Below, piece by piece: positions 19,169 through 29,477 of a DNA stretch of 56,120 nucleotides. Both the position numbers and the translations under genes were made by a program. The DNA comes from a virus. Taxonomy: Duplodnaviria > Caudoviricetes. Location of the stretch: IMG/VR virus record IMGVR_UViG_3300021376_000071, positions 1-56,120 of that record; one strand, 5' to 3'. The notes beneath the pieces were generated by a model that saw only the letters and a program-made list of their open reading frames with translations, was not told where the DNA came from and ran no database searches. Each line of letters starts with the position of its first letter. Position 1 is the first letter of the stretch.

Positions 19169-19293
19169 TATTTACCCTTCTTTGATTTGCGTATTTTTTT
19201 TGTTGCGGGAACGCAGTTGGGAACTTTCTTGCCGTTCTTGTTCTTCCAACCTTTTTGAACGTACCCCTCCCAACAAGGACCTCTTTCTGCCAT
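19168..19293 (-). CDS. tiny basic protein with CWxGY..VPNCV motif
   Basis: Manual: MAERGPCWEGYVQKGWKNKNGKKVPNCVPATKKIRKSKKGK; TAATG-coupled on both sides. Confidence 0.7.
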   Translation of the reverse strand: MAERGPCWEGYVQKGWKNKNGKKVPNCVPATKKIRKSKKGK

Positions 19294-19424
19294 TATCGAC
19301 CTTGCGTTCTGTGAGGGTTTGCTTTGTGCCATTGCTTTACTGCTTTGACACCTTGCTTAATGTTTTTAGACCCACTTTTTTTAGTGAGGTTAATCTTGTC
19401 GTACGACTTTTCGTTTTTTTGCAT
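19293..19424 (-). CDS. tiny basic protein
   Basis: Manual: MQKNEKSYDKINLTKKSGSKNIKQGVKAVKQWHKANPHRTQGR; fills the gap exactly. Confidence 0.55.
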   Translation of the reverse strand: MQKNEKSYDKINLTKKSGSKNIKQGVKAVKQWHKANPHRTQGR

Positions 19425-19426
19425 GA

Positions 19427-19591
19427 TTACTCTTCAGATTCAGCAGACTCTTCTGTTACCTCTAATGCTGCAACTTTTGCAAGTGCTTCTTCTAATCTAA
19501 CAATTAAACGTTCATCATTGTTAGCAGTTTTTGCTGTTTCTAACTCTGCTGTAAGAGTTGCAGTCGCTGCTGCTTTTTGTTCTGCGTTCAT
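19427..19591 (-). CDS. small acidic helical protein
   Basis: Manual: MNAEQKAAATATLTAELETAKTANNDERLIVRLEEALAKVAALEVTEESAESEE; ATGA overlap with the upstream gene. Confidence 0.6.
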   Translation of the reverse strand: MNAEQKAAATATLTAELETAKTANNDERLIVRLEEALAKVAALEVTEESAESEE

Positions 19592-20142
19592 TGGACTTCC
19601 TTCGTTGATAGGGCGTACTGTTTAAATTGTGGGTCATTGACCAACTCCTCAGAGTTGACCTCAGTGCAATCAACCGTGACTACTGCCCAGTTGTAACCAA
19701 AGTGACCACGGGGATTTACACGAGTTGGATTAAACACATTACCTCTGTAAAGGATACGGTCTTTAATGTGTTTTTGAGGGTTGACTAACATCTCAGGAAC
19801 AAGTCTTTGAACATCTCCTACGTTCAACACTATTCTAAGAGAGTCGACTACGTAGAAACCGCGTTCGTTCATTTCGTTTCCTCCACGAACCAATTGTACG
19901 GTTACGCAAGGCATATTGAAAGGAAGCATCCAACGACGACCTTCTCCAGGGGTGAAACTAGAGGTGTCGTATACGTCGTCTACGATAGCGGTAACGTTCT
20001 CATCTAGGTAGTACTCACTCCACCTAAACCAGTCAACATCAACACCTACAGGATGCTGTATGTCTTCCTTTATGGATTCATACATTCGCTTTTGTTCAAA
20101 GTCCATGTTGAAACGGCCTTGCATCCTGCTGCCTCGCATCAA
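19588..20142 (-). CDS. putative head-closure/head-tail joining protein
   Basis: 184 aa; DDVYD..NERGFY..KDRILYRGNVF beta-rich stopper-like pattern; position. Confidence 0.55.
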   Translation of the reverse strand: MMRGSRMQGRFNMDFEQKRMYESIKEDIQHPVGVDVDWFRWSEYYLDENVTAIVDDVYDTSSFTPGEGRRWMLPFNMPCVTVQLVRGGNEMNERGFYVVDSLRIVLNVGDVQRLVPEMLVNPQKHIKDRILYRGNVFNPTRVNPRGHFGYNWAVVTVDCTEVNSEELVNDPQFKQYALSTKEVQ

Positions 20143-21188
20143 GACTCCTTATAGAACTCTAAGTTCTTCTTTAGACGTTTGTCTGTAGGGTTAAGGTTAA
20201 GGGCTTCTTGACCAAACGTCAGGGCTTCCTCTTTATAACCTAAATTATGAGCAGCAATTGCTGCTATGTCATAGGGAAAATCGCTCCACACTTTAGGGTC
20301 ATTTAGGTATTGAAGAGGCTTTTCTTTAATCTCAATCGCTCTTAAACAAGATGCGTAACACTCTCTCCATAATTCGTTTTCGTAGTAGTACTCTGCTAGT
20401 TCTACCCATGGTTCTCTACCTTCTGGATATTCAAGAGCAGCCTTCTTAAACCATTCTTCTCGTTCCTTACCTTCAGAACATTTAGCAATATACCTCATAG
20501 AGGCAGCACGTTCTGGTTTCCATACGGCTCGTTTTAAAGACAGATGGCGTTGAAGTTCTTCTTTAGCCTTGTCACACATTTGATGAAAAAAGTATTCCCG
20601 TCCTAAATAATGAGAGTTACGGTCATCTTCAGGGTCTTCAGCAACAGCCAGTTCTAACATGGGGAAATATTGACTACGAGATTTTGATTGGTCTGGATGA
20701 TGGTGAATTTGTAGCCCAATCCACTCTTGGACTTCTGGTATTAGGTAACTGTTTAATACTTCGTGTACTGGATGTTTCCAACGATATCCTTGACGAGCAT
20801 GAATTTTATCTCCACCGTAAACAAGTCCTTCTGAACCATCTGCGTTCCAAGACCACACGTATTTATATCGTGGTCTTGTTACAGTGCTTGGTGTTTTTTC
20901 TATATGTTCTCTCCAACCTGGAGCAAGAACTTCGTCAACGTCTAAAGCAATACAATAATCGATGTCTGTAGGAATATGAGAAAGAGAAGCATTGCGAGCA
21001 TCATCAAAACGCCAGGGTTTAATTCGTATATCTACGACGTGTATCCCTAACTCACGGGCTAATTCAACTGTTCCATCAGTAGACCCAGTATCAGCAAGAA
21101 GAAAAAAGTCTGCTTCTTTTGCTGACTCATACCACCTTTGAACAAATTGTTTTTCGTTTAAAGCGATGCTGTAGACCGCTATTTTCAT
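20139..21188 (-). CDS. glycosyltransferase family 2 with C-terminal TPRs
   Basis: KIAVYSIALNE..DTGSTDGT..WRFDDARNASL..LDVDE (DxD)..VHE; TPR-like C-terminus. Confidence 0.9.
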   Translation of the reverse strand: MKIAVYSIALNEKQFVQRWYESAKEADFFLLADTGSTDGTVELARELGIHVVDIRIKPWRFDDARNASLSHIPTDIDYCIALDVDEVLAPGWREHIEKTPSTVTRPRYKYVWSWNADGSEGLVYGGDKIHARQGYRWKHPVHEVLNSYLIPEVQEWIGLQIHHHPDQSKSRSQYFPMLELAVAEDPEDDRNSHYLGREYFFHQMCDKAKEELQRHLSLKRAVWKPERAASMRYIAKCSEGKEREEWFKKAALEYPEGREPWVELAEYYYENELWRECYASCLRAIEIKEKPLQYLNDPKVWSDFPYDIAAIAAHNLGYKEEALTFGQEALNLNPTDKRLKKNLEFYKES

Positions 21189-21205
21189 ATTGTACTCCGT
21201 TTAGT

Positions 21206-22024
21206 TTATATTCTTAGCCCTGATGAACCCATTCCTGAATGTATAGCGCAGTTGTAATAAACAGGGCTTGTAAAGTTGTAGGCTATTACGGCAGTTACCT
21301 TTCGGTTAGTAGCACTCGCACTCCAAGCAGCAGAATACGCAGTAAATGTTGTGTAGGTATAAGCGTCTATAGTGTAAGTAACTCCTTGTGCTGAGTTAAG
21401 AGCAGAGGCTGTGTTGTCTTGAGCAGAAGACAGATAGAACGGATGACCGTCAACGGTATCGCTAGATACGTCAAATACATAGGTCATTCCTGGAAGTAAC
21501 TTTAGTTGTGGGGTTTGAACGCCATCAACAAAGTAGTAATTACTTCCAAGGACAGACTGCACAGTAATGATATGAGTGATGACTGCTGTACCAGCAGGTC
21601 CAGCGTTACCTTGAACTCCAGCAGCACCTGTTGGTCCTGTTGGTCCTGTAGGTCCTGCAACGTTTGAATCAGCACCTGTTGGACCAGTTGGTCCAGTTAC
21701 TGTTGATGCTGGTCCAGTAGCACCTGTTGGGCCAACACCGCCTTCTGCACCTGTTGGTCCTGTTGGTCCTCCTACTCCAGTAGCACCTGTTGGTCCTGTA
21801 GGTCCAATAGAGCCAACTGGTCCAGTAGGTCCAGTAGGTCCGTCTGGTCCTGTTGGGCCAGTTGGTCCACCAGAGGGACCTGTTGGTCCTTGTGGTCCAG
21901 TCGGTCCTTCAGGTCCACCAGAAGGTCCTGTTGGTCCTGTAGGACCTGCAGCACCTGCTGGACCTTGAACGCCTTGTTCAATGCTTACCCAAGCGGAACC
22001 ATTCCAATACTTTAACTGTGGCAT
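21206..22024 (-). CDS. collagen-like (GPT) fibre protein with C-terminal beta-sandwich domain
   Basis: Gly-X-Y repeats; [30 protein letters not shown]. Confidence 0.8.
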   Translation of the reverse strand: MPQLKYWNGSAWVSIEQGVQGPAGAAGPTGPTGPSGGPEGPTGPQGPTGPSGGPTGPTGPDGPTGPTGPVGSIGPTGPTGATGVGGPTGPTGAEGGVGPTGATGPASTVTGPTGPTGADSNVAGPTGPTGPTGAAGVQGNAGPAGTAVITHIITVQSVLGSNYYFVDGVQTPQLKLLPGMTYVFDVSSDTVDGHPFYLSSAQDNTASALNSAQGVTYTIDAYTYTTFTAYSAAWSASATNRKVTAVIAYNFTSPVYYNCAIHSGMGSSGLRI

Positions 22025-23343
22025 TATGACAACCTACTCCAATATCGATGCGTCATATTACTAAACGAGTCTCGTGTTGTTGGCAAATCTGACGTAGAAG
22101 AAGCAGAGCCCGCCATTCTTGGAGAAGCAGCAAGAATTGCAGTAGAGGCGGAACCACCAGCCACTGATGCGAGGGTCGGGGGTGTAGAAGCAACTACAAC
22201 CACGGCTACTGCATAACGGCTACCTGCAGTTAGTGTGTAAGAAGTTGGATAACTACCAGTTGAATCTAATGCTCCTGTGTAAATGCTGTTTGAAACAGTA
22301 AATCTTGATGCGTCGTTATTTGTTCTTGCAACTAAAGTAGCGGTTGTTCCATCAAATGTATACAAACCAAAACGCACAAGTGATACACCTGAAGCAACAG
22401 TTGAACCTGAAGAAAACGATATGTTAGAAACTGTTAAATCTTCTGTAGGAGTAAAAAATGAAAAATACGTATTGTTTGAAGCAACTGCTGTAGTTCCATT
22501 CACTAAATCTCTTACTGGAACATCCAATGTTGTTGCAGAGTTATGCAGCGAGTCTCTAAGCCAAGGTTGAGCAACAGAGTTATAAGAAGTTTCATCCGTA
22601 TCAAGCCATAGAACATCTGTTGTAGAAGGAGTACTTGTTTGAGCAACTAGTGCAGTTGGTCCCGTAGGACCAGTTGGTCCAGTTGGTCCTGCATCACCTG
22701 TTGGTCCTGTAGGTCCTCCTGAAGGTCCGATAGGTCCTTGTGGTCCAGTAGGTCCAGTAACTGAGGGACCAAGTGCTCCAGTAGGTCCAGTAGGTCCAGC
22801 AGCACCTGTTGGTCCTGTTGGTCCTCCTGAAGGTCCGATAGGTCCAGTAGGTCCAGTAGGTCCGTTTGGTCCAGCAGAACCTGCAGGACCAGTTGGTCCT
22901 AAAGTTATGGAAGCAATCCACTGAACACCGCTCCAAAAACTAACGGAATTATCTGTTTTAATCCAGATATCGCCAATTTGAGGAAGATTGGGTTCATAAG
23001 CCGAATAAGTTACATACTGTTTACCGTCTACTTCGTAAGCAGCAGTAACTGAATATGAAAGGTCTGCAGTTGTTCCTGTAACTTTTATGGTATCACCAGT
23101 ATTTAATGCAAATCTAAATGTTTCAAATGCTTGACCTTGTGTTATTTCAAGGTCTTTAACTATTACCAAAGTTGTTGGGTCTGTATAAACAGAACCAGTT
23201 GGCACAACATAAACAGTTGTTTTTGCTGTTTGAGTTCCTTTATTAGCAATAATTAAAGAAGCAACGTAACCACGACTTGCGGTTACAAGGTCTGTAAGAG
23301 AATCTCTACCAGGATTGGATACGGCTAGACGTGTTACTGGCAT
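22024..23343 (-). CDS. collagen-like (GPT) fibre protein
   Basis: Start at ATG 23343 (MPVTRL); N-domain paralogous to the upstream gene; GPT repeats; C-terminal beta domain. Confidence 0.8.
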   Translation of the reverse strand: MPVTRLAVSNPGRDSLTDLVTASRGYVASLIIANKGTQTAKTTVYVVPTGSVYTDPTTLVIVKDLEITQGQAFETFRFALNTGDTIKVTGTTADLSYSVTAAYEVDGKQYVTYSAYEPNLPQIGDIWIKTDNSVSFWSGVQWIASITLGPTGPAGSAGPNGPTGPTGPIGPSGGPTGPTGAAGPTGPTGALGPSVTGPTGPQGPIGPSGGPTGPTGDAGPTGPTGPTGPTALVAQTSTPSTTDVLWLDTDETSYNSVAQPWLRDSLHNSATTLDVPVRDLVNGTTAVASNNTYFSFFTPTEDLTVSNISFSSGSTVASGVSLVRFGLYTFDGTTATLVARTNNDASRFTVSNSIYTGALDSTGSYPTSYTLTAGSRYAVAVVVVASTPPTLASVAGGSASTAILAASPRMAGSASSTSDLPTTRDSFSNMTHRYWSRLS

Positions 23344-23867
23344 TAGTCTGTTACCGTCACTTTCTTCCAACCATCGTTAGTTTTAACTTCTAACGAATCA
23401 GTATCAGTATTAAATCTTACGTAACCAACTTCAGCAGCAGTTTCTCTAGCAGCAGTTGTGCCTTTATCAAGGTAAATAACGTTGTTAATTCCTCTAATAG
23501 TCTTATTTCTAAAGACTGCTGGCAAATCTGCTGGACTGAAATCGTCTGCTTGTAAAATTCCGTATGCTGAGAAAGAAGTTCCCGCTATTGTAGATTTTAC
23601 AAAAATAGAGTCGTTTGCATTTAATGCAAAACGAAACGTTTCAAAAGACTGGCCTACTCCAACAGTTAGGTTTGATGCAATGTACGCATATTCGTTTGCT
23701 TGTGCTGCTCCAGCAGGAACAACCCAAACGTCTACTTTGCAAACAGGAGTTGCTTGTGCTGAAGTATTAGCAATAACAACTGAAGTTAAATGAGCGTTTA
23801 GTACCGCGGTAAGTTGTTGATTACTATTAGCAGCGGGAGTCGCAACTCCAAGTCGAATAATCGCCAT
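23343..23867 (-). CDS. virion structural protein
   Basis: [12 protein letters not shown] domain plus [20 protein letters not shown] fibre motif. Confidence 0.7.
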   Translation of the reverse strand: MAIIRLGVATPAANSNQQLTAVLNAHLTSVVIANTSAQATPVCKVDVWVVPAGAAQANEYAYIASNLTVGVGQSFETFRFALNANDSIFVKSTIAGTSFSAYGILQADDFSPADLPAVFRNKTIRGINNVIYLDKGTTAARETAAEVGYVRFNTDTDSLEVKTNDGWKKVTVTD

Positions 23868-23879
23868 GGGTTTTCCTCC

Positions 23880-26800
23880 TTAAGCCTGTGCTTCAGTCCA
23901 CGTTAACTTTGCTGAACAGAGTGTAGTATTACCAGTCAAGCGAGCAGCAGCAATTGTCAAAATGTCTGGTCCATCTGGGAATACTGAGTCTCCACCAAGA
24001 ATTGAGTTTGATAACTCAAACAAATCTCCGATATCCACAGTAGTCGACTGTTCTACACCGTTCTGACCAGCAGCACGGAAGTTATAAATTTGAGTACCGC
24101 CAGAAACTGTGTCGTTACCAGTGTGTTGGATAATTTGAGTCAACGAAGGAGAAGTCACTGCAGAAAAGTTTAAGTTGTTCAAACGAGGGTTAATAAGAAC
24201 CTTTACGTCAACCAACTGTGTTGTTTGAACAGCAAGTTCTACCATTCGCAACTGCATGCGGTTAATAACGTCACGGTCACCAAGTTTTCCAGTCAAACCG
24301 CTTGAAACCGAAGGAGACAGGCGGATTGAAAGAAGTGGTTGATAGTTAGCACCAGAAGAGTTGTTTAAAGAACCCTGTGGGTACAAGAAGAATGTGTATT
24401 GAGCATTACCTTGAGAAGTAAAGTCAATTGTGTTAGTTCCACCACTAGCATTGGCATCCGCTGCTGTTGGGTGAAGCGTTACGTTGTTTGCATCTACTGC
24501 ACGTATAAATAGCAAAGGAGTGCTATTTTGTAAATTAACAAAGTTGTAGGCTGGGTTTTGTGCAACAACTCTTGGGTTTTGTGAATTTGCACCTGTAATT
24601 CCTTGAGCAGTTAAACCAATAAACTGAACAGGTGTTCCTGTTGTAAATCCGTGTGTAGGAATGTTGATTTGGTTTGTTGTAACGTTAATTGCTGTTGAAC
24701 CAAAGGTCTTTGCTGTGGTTCCAGAAATTGTAAGAGTCTGACCAGGTTGTGAGAAGAGGTAGGCTTTATCATCATCAAACTTACCGTCCATGATGACTGA
24801 AGTACCCCAGTGGAATAAGAACGGAATATAAGTTGGGTCAGTGTAGGTAGTTACCTCATAGCGAGTAGGTAAGTTACCTGAGCGGAAATATGATTCTAAC
24901 TGGAAGTTATTGTGAATAAATTCGTGAACATATTGAACTTCGCCCTCTTTAGTCTTAAAGCCGTAACGAATCTTACCCGCACCGTACCAAGAGTAGTCAA
25001 TGTAAGCCATTTGAATCTTGTTTAGGTCAAGGTTATATCCAGTTGGACCTGTGCCATCGCAAGGGTCAATAGACCAGTTTTCTTGAGGAGTACGAGTATC
25101 TACTGTCTTAGTCATGATAATACCGCTCTTTGCTGGAGTGAAAGAGTGTGGTGTTCCTGAACCAGCAGAAGAAATAGCAACAACAACTGTTGCATCTGGT
25201 GATGCTTTTAATTTGAACTGATTATTGTCAATAAAATCAACGTAGTAGACGCGACCGTTAATTAAACCACCAATAGGTGTTCCATCAATTGAATCGTAAA
25301 TAACTGGAAGATTATTAGAGAATCCATGATTTTGTAAAACAAAAGAATCATCTGCAGCACGAACTACGCCTGTATTTCCATCTCCAGGGTTGAACTCTTT
25401 TTCAATACCATTTGAACCTTTGTATTCAGGCTTAATGGTTAAACGTGTATCACTAACGATGCTAGAAATCTTGTAAGACTGACCACGCATAACAATGTAG
25501 TCTCCAACGTTAAGTTGCGTTGTAAATGTTGTCCCAGTACCAAATACGTATTCAGTTCCTTGCAGAGCAGCAGCAGTACCAGCAACTTGTTGAGTTGAAG
25601 AACGACGAACTGCATAAATTTTTTGTCCATCAAACTCAAAAAACATTCCGTTTTGGAAATCAAACATACCAGCACGGATTGCACCATTTTGCCAACTATC
25701 TACGTTAAATTGTGGGAATCCATAAGCAATGTTGTTTGGTGCTGTTGGTACTGTAGAGGACGCAATACAAGTAAAGGTTAACGAATCAATAACTGTTACT
25801 TGGAAAATACCGTTGTAAACAGTGCTTAGTGCACCTAGGTTTGTCCTAGACTCAGAAATTTCAATGTACAAACCATTAATAAGACCATGAGGACGACGAG
25901 TTACACATTGGAATGTGGTATTGCTGACTCGACTTATCTTCTCAATATCAATTGTAGGTTTGAAGTTAATACCAAATGAAGTTTGCAAACCTTTACCAGA
26001 CTGATAACGGAAGTACTTACGAGTCTGACGAATAATCTGAGCATTAGAGGTTCCAACACCAGTCGACATTTCAACTCCACCGTCAAACGGTCTGTGAAGT
26101 GAGTATCCTTGTGGACGTACATAAACAAACGTCTGATATGAGTAAGACACAGAGGAGTAAGATGCTGCGTATGGTCTGTTAAGAGTTATCTGAGTATCAG
26201 AACCAATAGCAGTAATTGTTCTAATAATTGGAGCAGTTGGAATAGTTTCGGTAAAGGTGTGAGTAGTTCCAGAACCCTGAGTAGTTACAACTACTGGGTT
26301 TGTATTGGTATTTGCATCGTTTAAAGTGTTAAATAAACGAATTGTGTTTGCATCTATCCTTCTAACAAAGTAGAAGAAAGTAGAGTTCAAACCTGTAGGA
26401 GCAACGGAACCAGCACCTGTATTGTACTGAACGCAATCTCCTGTCGTAAATCCGTGTCCTGTAAGCGTAAATTGGTTTGTTGGCTGAACCGCAACGTTAG
26501 TACTAGAGAAAGTAGACACAGTAGTTGTGTTTGGTGGGAACAAGCGGAACTTGTCACCAACTTTAAGAATCTTAGCAAATGAAGTGTTTACACCATTTAC
26601 AAGGGTTGAACCTGAAGCCACACTTACGGTTCCAGAACCAGTTACAAACCCATTAATTTGAGCAGTTGTAAGGGTGTGGTCTACACCGCCACCCCATGAA
26701 GTCAAAGTCAAAGCAATACCAGATGCAGCGTTTTCTTCAGAAGAGGCTAACTGAATATAGTCTTTGCTTACGTTGATTACGTAATAGTTACTTTCATTAG

Positions 26801-29471
26801 TTAAACCTCCAACGTTTGTTCCACCAGCATTGCTGTAAGTAACCTTTGTACCAGTAATAAATCCGTGTGAAGGAATACGCAGGTTATTAGCAGCAAGGTC
26901 AATAACAGAACGTGGAGTAAACGTCTTTATGATGAAAGGAACGAATCCATTAGCAGGAACTGTAAAGGTTGTTGTAGAGGGAACCGCATTAACTGTGTAG
27001 GTTCCATCTGGAGACTTAGTCAAAGACAATATTCTATGACGACCAGCACCAGCAGTTGTTAAGTTAACAGGTACTGGGGTAGCAGCAGTAGCATTATCCA
27101 AAGTTGCGGCTAATCTTAGGTTGTCTCCGTCTATTTGGATAATGTAGTACGGATTACCAGAAACTAAACCACCGATAGCAGTCTGACCAACAGAGTCATA
27201 CTGAACAAGTTCTCCGTTAGAGAATCCGTGAGAAGGAATTGAGATGGTATCTGTAACAAAATCAACAGAGTTTGTAGTAATTGAGTGGTTTCCAGTACCT
27301 AACGAAGTCAGGTTAATAATGTTTGTTCCTTCTTTGTTACTTGCTAAACGAAGAATGTTATTATCAACTTTAGAGATAAAGTAAGAACCATTGTTAGTTA
27401 AACCACCGATAACGGTTCCACCACCTGAAGAATAAACAATGCGAGAACCAGTAACTAAATCATGGCCTGGAACGTAAAGGCTATCTTCATCTAGGTTAAC
27501 AACCACGTAGATAAATGAGTGTGTATTTCCAGTTCCTGCAGAAGTAAAGTCAATTACTGGACCATTTAAAGACTGGCTTAACTGAATGTTATTGCTATCG
27601 ACTACTGTCTTTACGTAATAGGTAGCGTTATTTTGAAGAGGAGCAATTGATGTTCCACCACCATTTGAATAACGAATTGGCTGATTTGCCAAGAAACCGT
27701 GAGATGGAATGGTGATGATGTCTGTAGAAGTATTTACAACAACCTTTCCAAATTGTTCGCTACTTGTAGTAGCACTTGGAATTGTAAAGTTTACGTTGGT
27801 AAAATTAGGTGCTGGAGTTGTGCTTAGTTTGTAAGTCCAGTTATTAATACGGTTTACATAATAAGTAGTAGTTGTGTTTAATGGTGTAGCACCAGTTCCA
27901 GTCAAACGATAGACCAGAGCATCTCCATTAGAAAGCCCGTGACCATCAGCAACGTTGATTGTATCTGCATCTAAGTCTAGAGTGATTGGGTGTACTGCGT
28001 GATACTCGCTTCCTGCTGCAACAATATTGATTTGATTTGTTCCATCATTTGCATCTTGAGCAGTTGGATGGAATGTAAACGCACTAGAAGCCGTAGATAA
28101 CAAAGTAACAACAACTTCACCTTCATTATTGCCTGTGTTATAAGCACCGATATTAGTAATTGTTGCTCCGCCAAATGATGATGAACCATTGTATTGACCA
28201 GTAGAAGTAGCAACGTTTGTAGCACCAGTTACGATAAAGGAACCGCCACCACCGCCAGGGGCTGTGCCTTGAGCGTTACCACCAGCACCACCAGAGTAAC
28301 CACCAGCACCACCAGGAGCACCGTAGGCTTGACCGTCAGAACCAGCACCTCCGCCAAAACCACCGTGTCCAGAAGAACTACCAGCACCACTACCACCAAC
28401 AAGACCGTTGTTGAAACCGCCACCACCGCCACCGTATGAAGAGTTACCACCAGCAGTTAGGAAACCACCTCCACCACCACCAGCAGTTGCACCAGGAGCA
28501 CCGTTACCATTAGCACCTGCCGTTGCATTTGCATTATCACCGTTATTGGTTAGAACAGCGTTACGTCCACCAGTTGTATTTGAGGAAGCAGAACCTCCAC
28601 CTGCAACAAAAAGAGGTACGTTTCCTGATTTACGAACAACAAATGTAGCACCTGAAGAAGCGGGCCAAGCATCGTTGTTTCCTGGGTTTTCACCACGTTG
28701 TCCAACAGCAATAGTTATGATTTCGCCACGAGTTAAGTCAACTCGTCCTTGAACGATTGCACCGCCACCACCTGCTGCACGACCTGCTTTACCAGGAGCA
28801 CCCTTTACGTTGAATTCATAGGTTCCATTAACTGGAACAGTCCAATCTTGATAACCCTGATAACTTCCTTGGTTAAAGTAAGCGGTGTTGGTTGCCCATG
28901 TTGCACCAGCCGTATTATAAGCAGAAACTAAAGTAGAAAGAGCAGGGCCATTACGTCCAGTAGTTCCACCTGTTGTGAATGTAAGAGTAGTAAAGTTATA
29001 CAAAGGAGCAGCAGTGTCAGAGAAGGCTGTTGAAGTCTTCTTTAAGTAATAAGTGTTTCCAGAGGTTAATCCAGAAAGAGGAGTGCTGTTTGTGTAGTAC
29101 TTAACTGCTTGATTGGTTGGGTAGTTACTGCTTATATGTAGTTTGTTTCCATAAACAAATGGGAAGTCAAGAGTGATGTTTCCAGTTGTAAGATTAGTAA
29201 TGTCAATTGCAGCACCACCGCTAGTATTCGAAAATGTGATTTTGCGGTCTTCAACAACGTTTGTAAATACTAAGTTTCCAGAAGTAAGACCTGTTAATGC
29301 ACCAGTTCCATCACGATAGATGAAAGGTCGATTTGCTCCAGCAGCAATTGCAGCGGGAGTTACTTCATTAACTGTTTTGTTTACGTAGACAAAGTTATCT
29401 TCAATGTTTACGTTAGTTTTTGACAACGAGTGAGTACCGCTAGTACCAGCCGCAGTTATATTAATGGGCAT
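23880..29471 (-). CDS. giant virion fibre/decoration protein with about 10 HG(F/L)-type beta repeats and a Gly-rich domain
   Basis: 1863 aa; repeats such as HGFxTGxxVxYxxxGxxxIGGLxxxxxYYV; Gly-rich domain; RQTRKYFRYQSGKG, WYGAGKIRYG and PLLSIRL core motifs. Confidence 0.75.
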   Translation of the reverse strand: MPINITAAGTSGTHSLSKTNVNIEDNFVYVNKTVNEVTPAAIAAGANRPFIYRDGTGALTGLTSGNLVFTNVVEDRKITFSNTSGGAAIDITNLTTGNITLDFPFVYGNKLHISSNYPTNQAVKYYTNSTPLSGLTSGNTYYLKKTSTAFSDTAAPLYNFTTLTFTTGGTTGRNGPALSTLVSAYNTAGATWATNTAYFNQGSYQGYQDWTVPVNGTYEFNVKGAPGKAGRAAGGGGAIVQGRVDLTRGEIITIAVGQRGENPGNNDAWPASSGATFVVRKSGNVPLFVAGGGSASSNTTGGRNAVLTNNGDNANATAGANGNGAPGATAGGGGGGFLTAGGNSSYGGGGGGFNNGLVGGSGAGSSSGHGGFGGGAGSDGQAYGAPGGAGGYSGGAGGNAQGTAPGGGGGSFIVTGATNVATSTGQYNGSSSFGGATITNIGAYNTGNNEGEVVVTLLSTASSAFTFHPTAQDANDGTNQINIVAAGSEYHAVHPITLDLDADTINVADGHGLSNGDALVYRLTGTGATPLNTTTTYYVNRINNWTYKLSTTPAPNFTNVNFTIPSATTSSEQFGKVVVNTSTDIITIPSHGFLANQPIRYSNGGGTSIAPLQNNATYYVKTVVDSNNIQLSQSLNGPVIDFTSAGTGNTHSFIYVVVNLDEDSLYVPGHDLVTGSRIVYSSGGGTVIGGLTNNGSYFISKVDNNILRLASNKEGTNIINLTSLGTGNHSITTNSVDFVTDTISIPSHGFSNGELVQYDSVGQTAIGGLVSGNPYYIIQIDGDNLRLAATLDNATAATPVPVNLTTAGAGRHRILSLTKSPDGTYTVNAVPSTTTFTVPANGFVPFIIKTFTPRSVIDLAANNLRIPSHGFITGTKVTYSNAGGTNVGGLTNESNYYVINVSKDYIQLASSEENAASGIALTLTSWGGGVDHTLTTAQINGFVTGSGTVSVASGSTLVNGVNTSFAKILKVGDKFRLFPPNTTTVSTFSSTNVAVQPTNQFTLTGHGFTTGDCVQYNTGAGSVAPTGLNSTFFYFVRRIDANTIRLFNTLNDANTNTNPVVVTTQGSGTTHTFTETIPTAPIIRTITAIGSDTQITLNRPYAASYSSVSYSYQTFVYVRPQGYSLHRPFDGGVEMSTGVGTSNAQIIRQTRKYFRYQSGKGLQTSFGINFKPTIDIEKISRVSNTTFQCVTRRPHGLINGLYIEISESRTNLGALSTVYNGIFQVTVIDSLTFTCIASSTVPTAPNNIAYGFPQFNVDSWQNGAIRAGMFDFQNGMFFEFDGQKIYAVRRSSTQQVAGTAAALQGTEYVFGTGTTFTTQLNVGDYIVMRGQSYKISSIVSDTRLTIKPEYKGSNGIEKEFNPGDGNTGVVRAADDSFVLQNHGFSNNLPVIYDSIDGTPIGGLINGRVYYVDFIDNNQFKLKASPDATVVVAISSAGSGTPHSFTPAKSGIIMTKTVDTRTPQENWSIDPCDGTGPTGYNLDLNKIQMAYIDYSWYGAGKIRYGFKTKEGEVQYVHEFIHNNFQLESYFRSGNLPTRYEVTTYTDPTYIPFLFHWGTSVIMDGKFDDDKAYLFSQPGQTLTISGTTAKTFGSTAINVTTNQINIPTHGFTTGTPVQFIGLTAQGITGANSQNPRVVAQNPAYNFVNLQNSTPLLFIRAVDANNVTLHPTAADANASGGTNTIDFTSQGNAQYTFFLYPQGSLNNSSGANYQPLLSIRLSPSVSSGLTGKLGDRDVINRMQLRMVELAVQTTQLVDVKVLINPRLNNLNFSAVTSPSLTQIIQHTGNDTVSGGTQIYNFRAAGQNGVEQSTTVDIGDLFELSNSILGGDSVFPDGPDILTIAAARLTGNTTLCSAKLTWTEAQA

Positions 29472-29477
29472 TATTTA

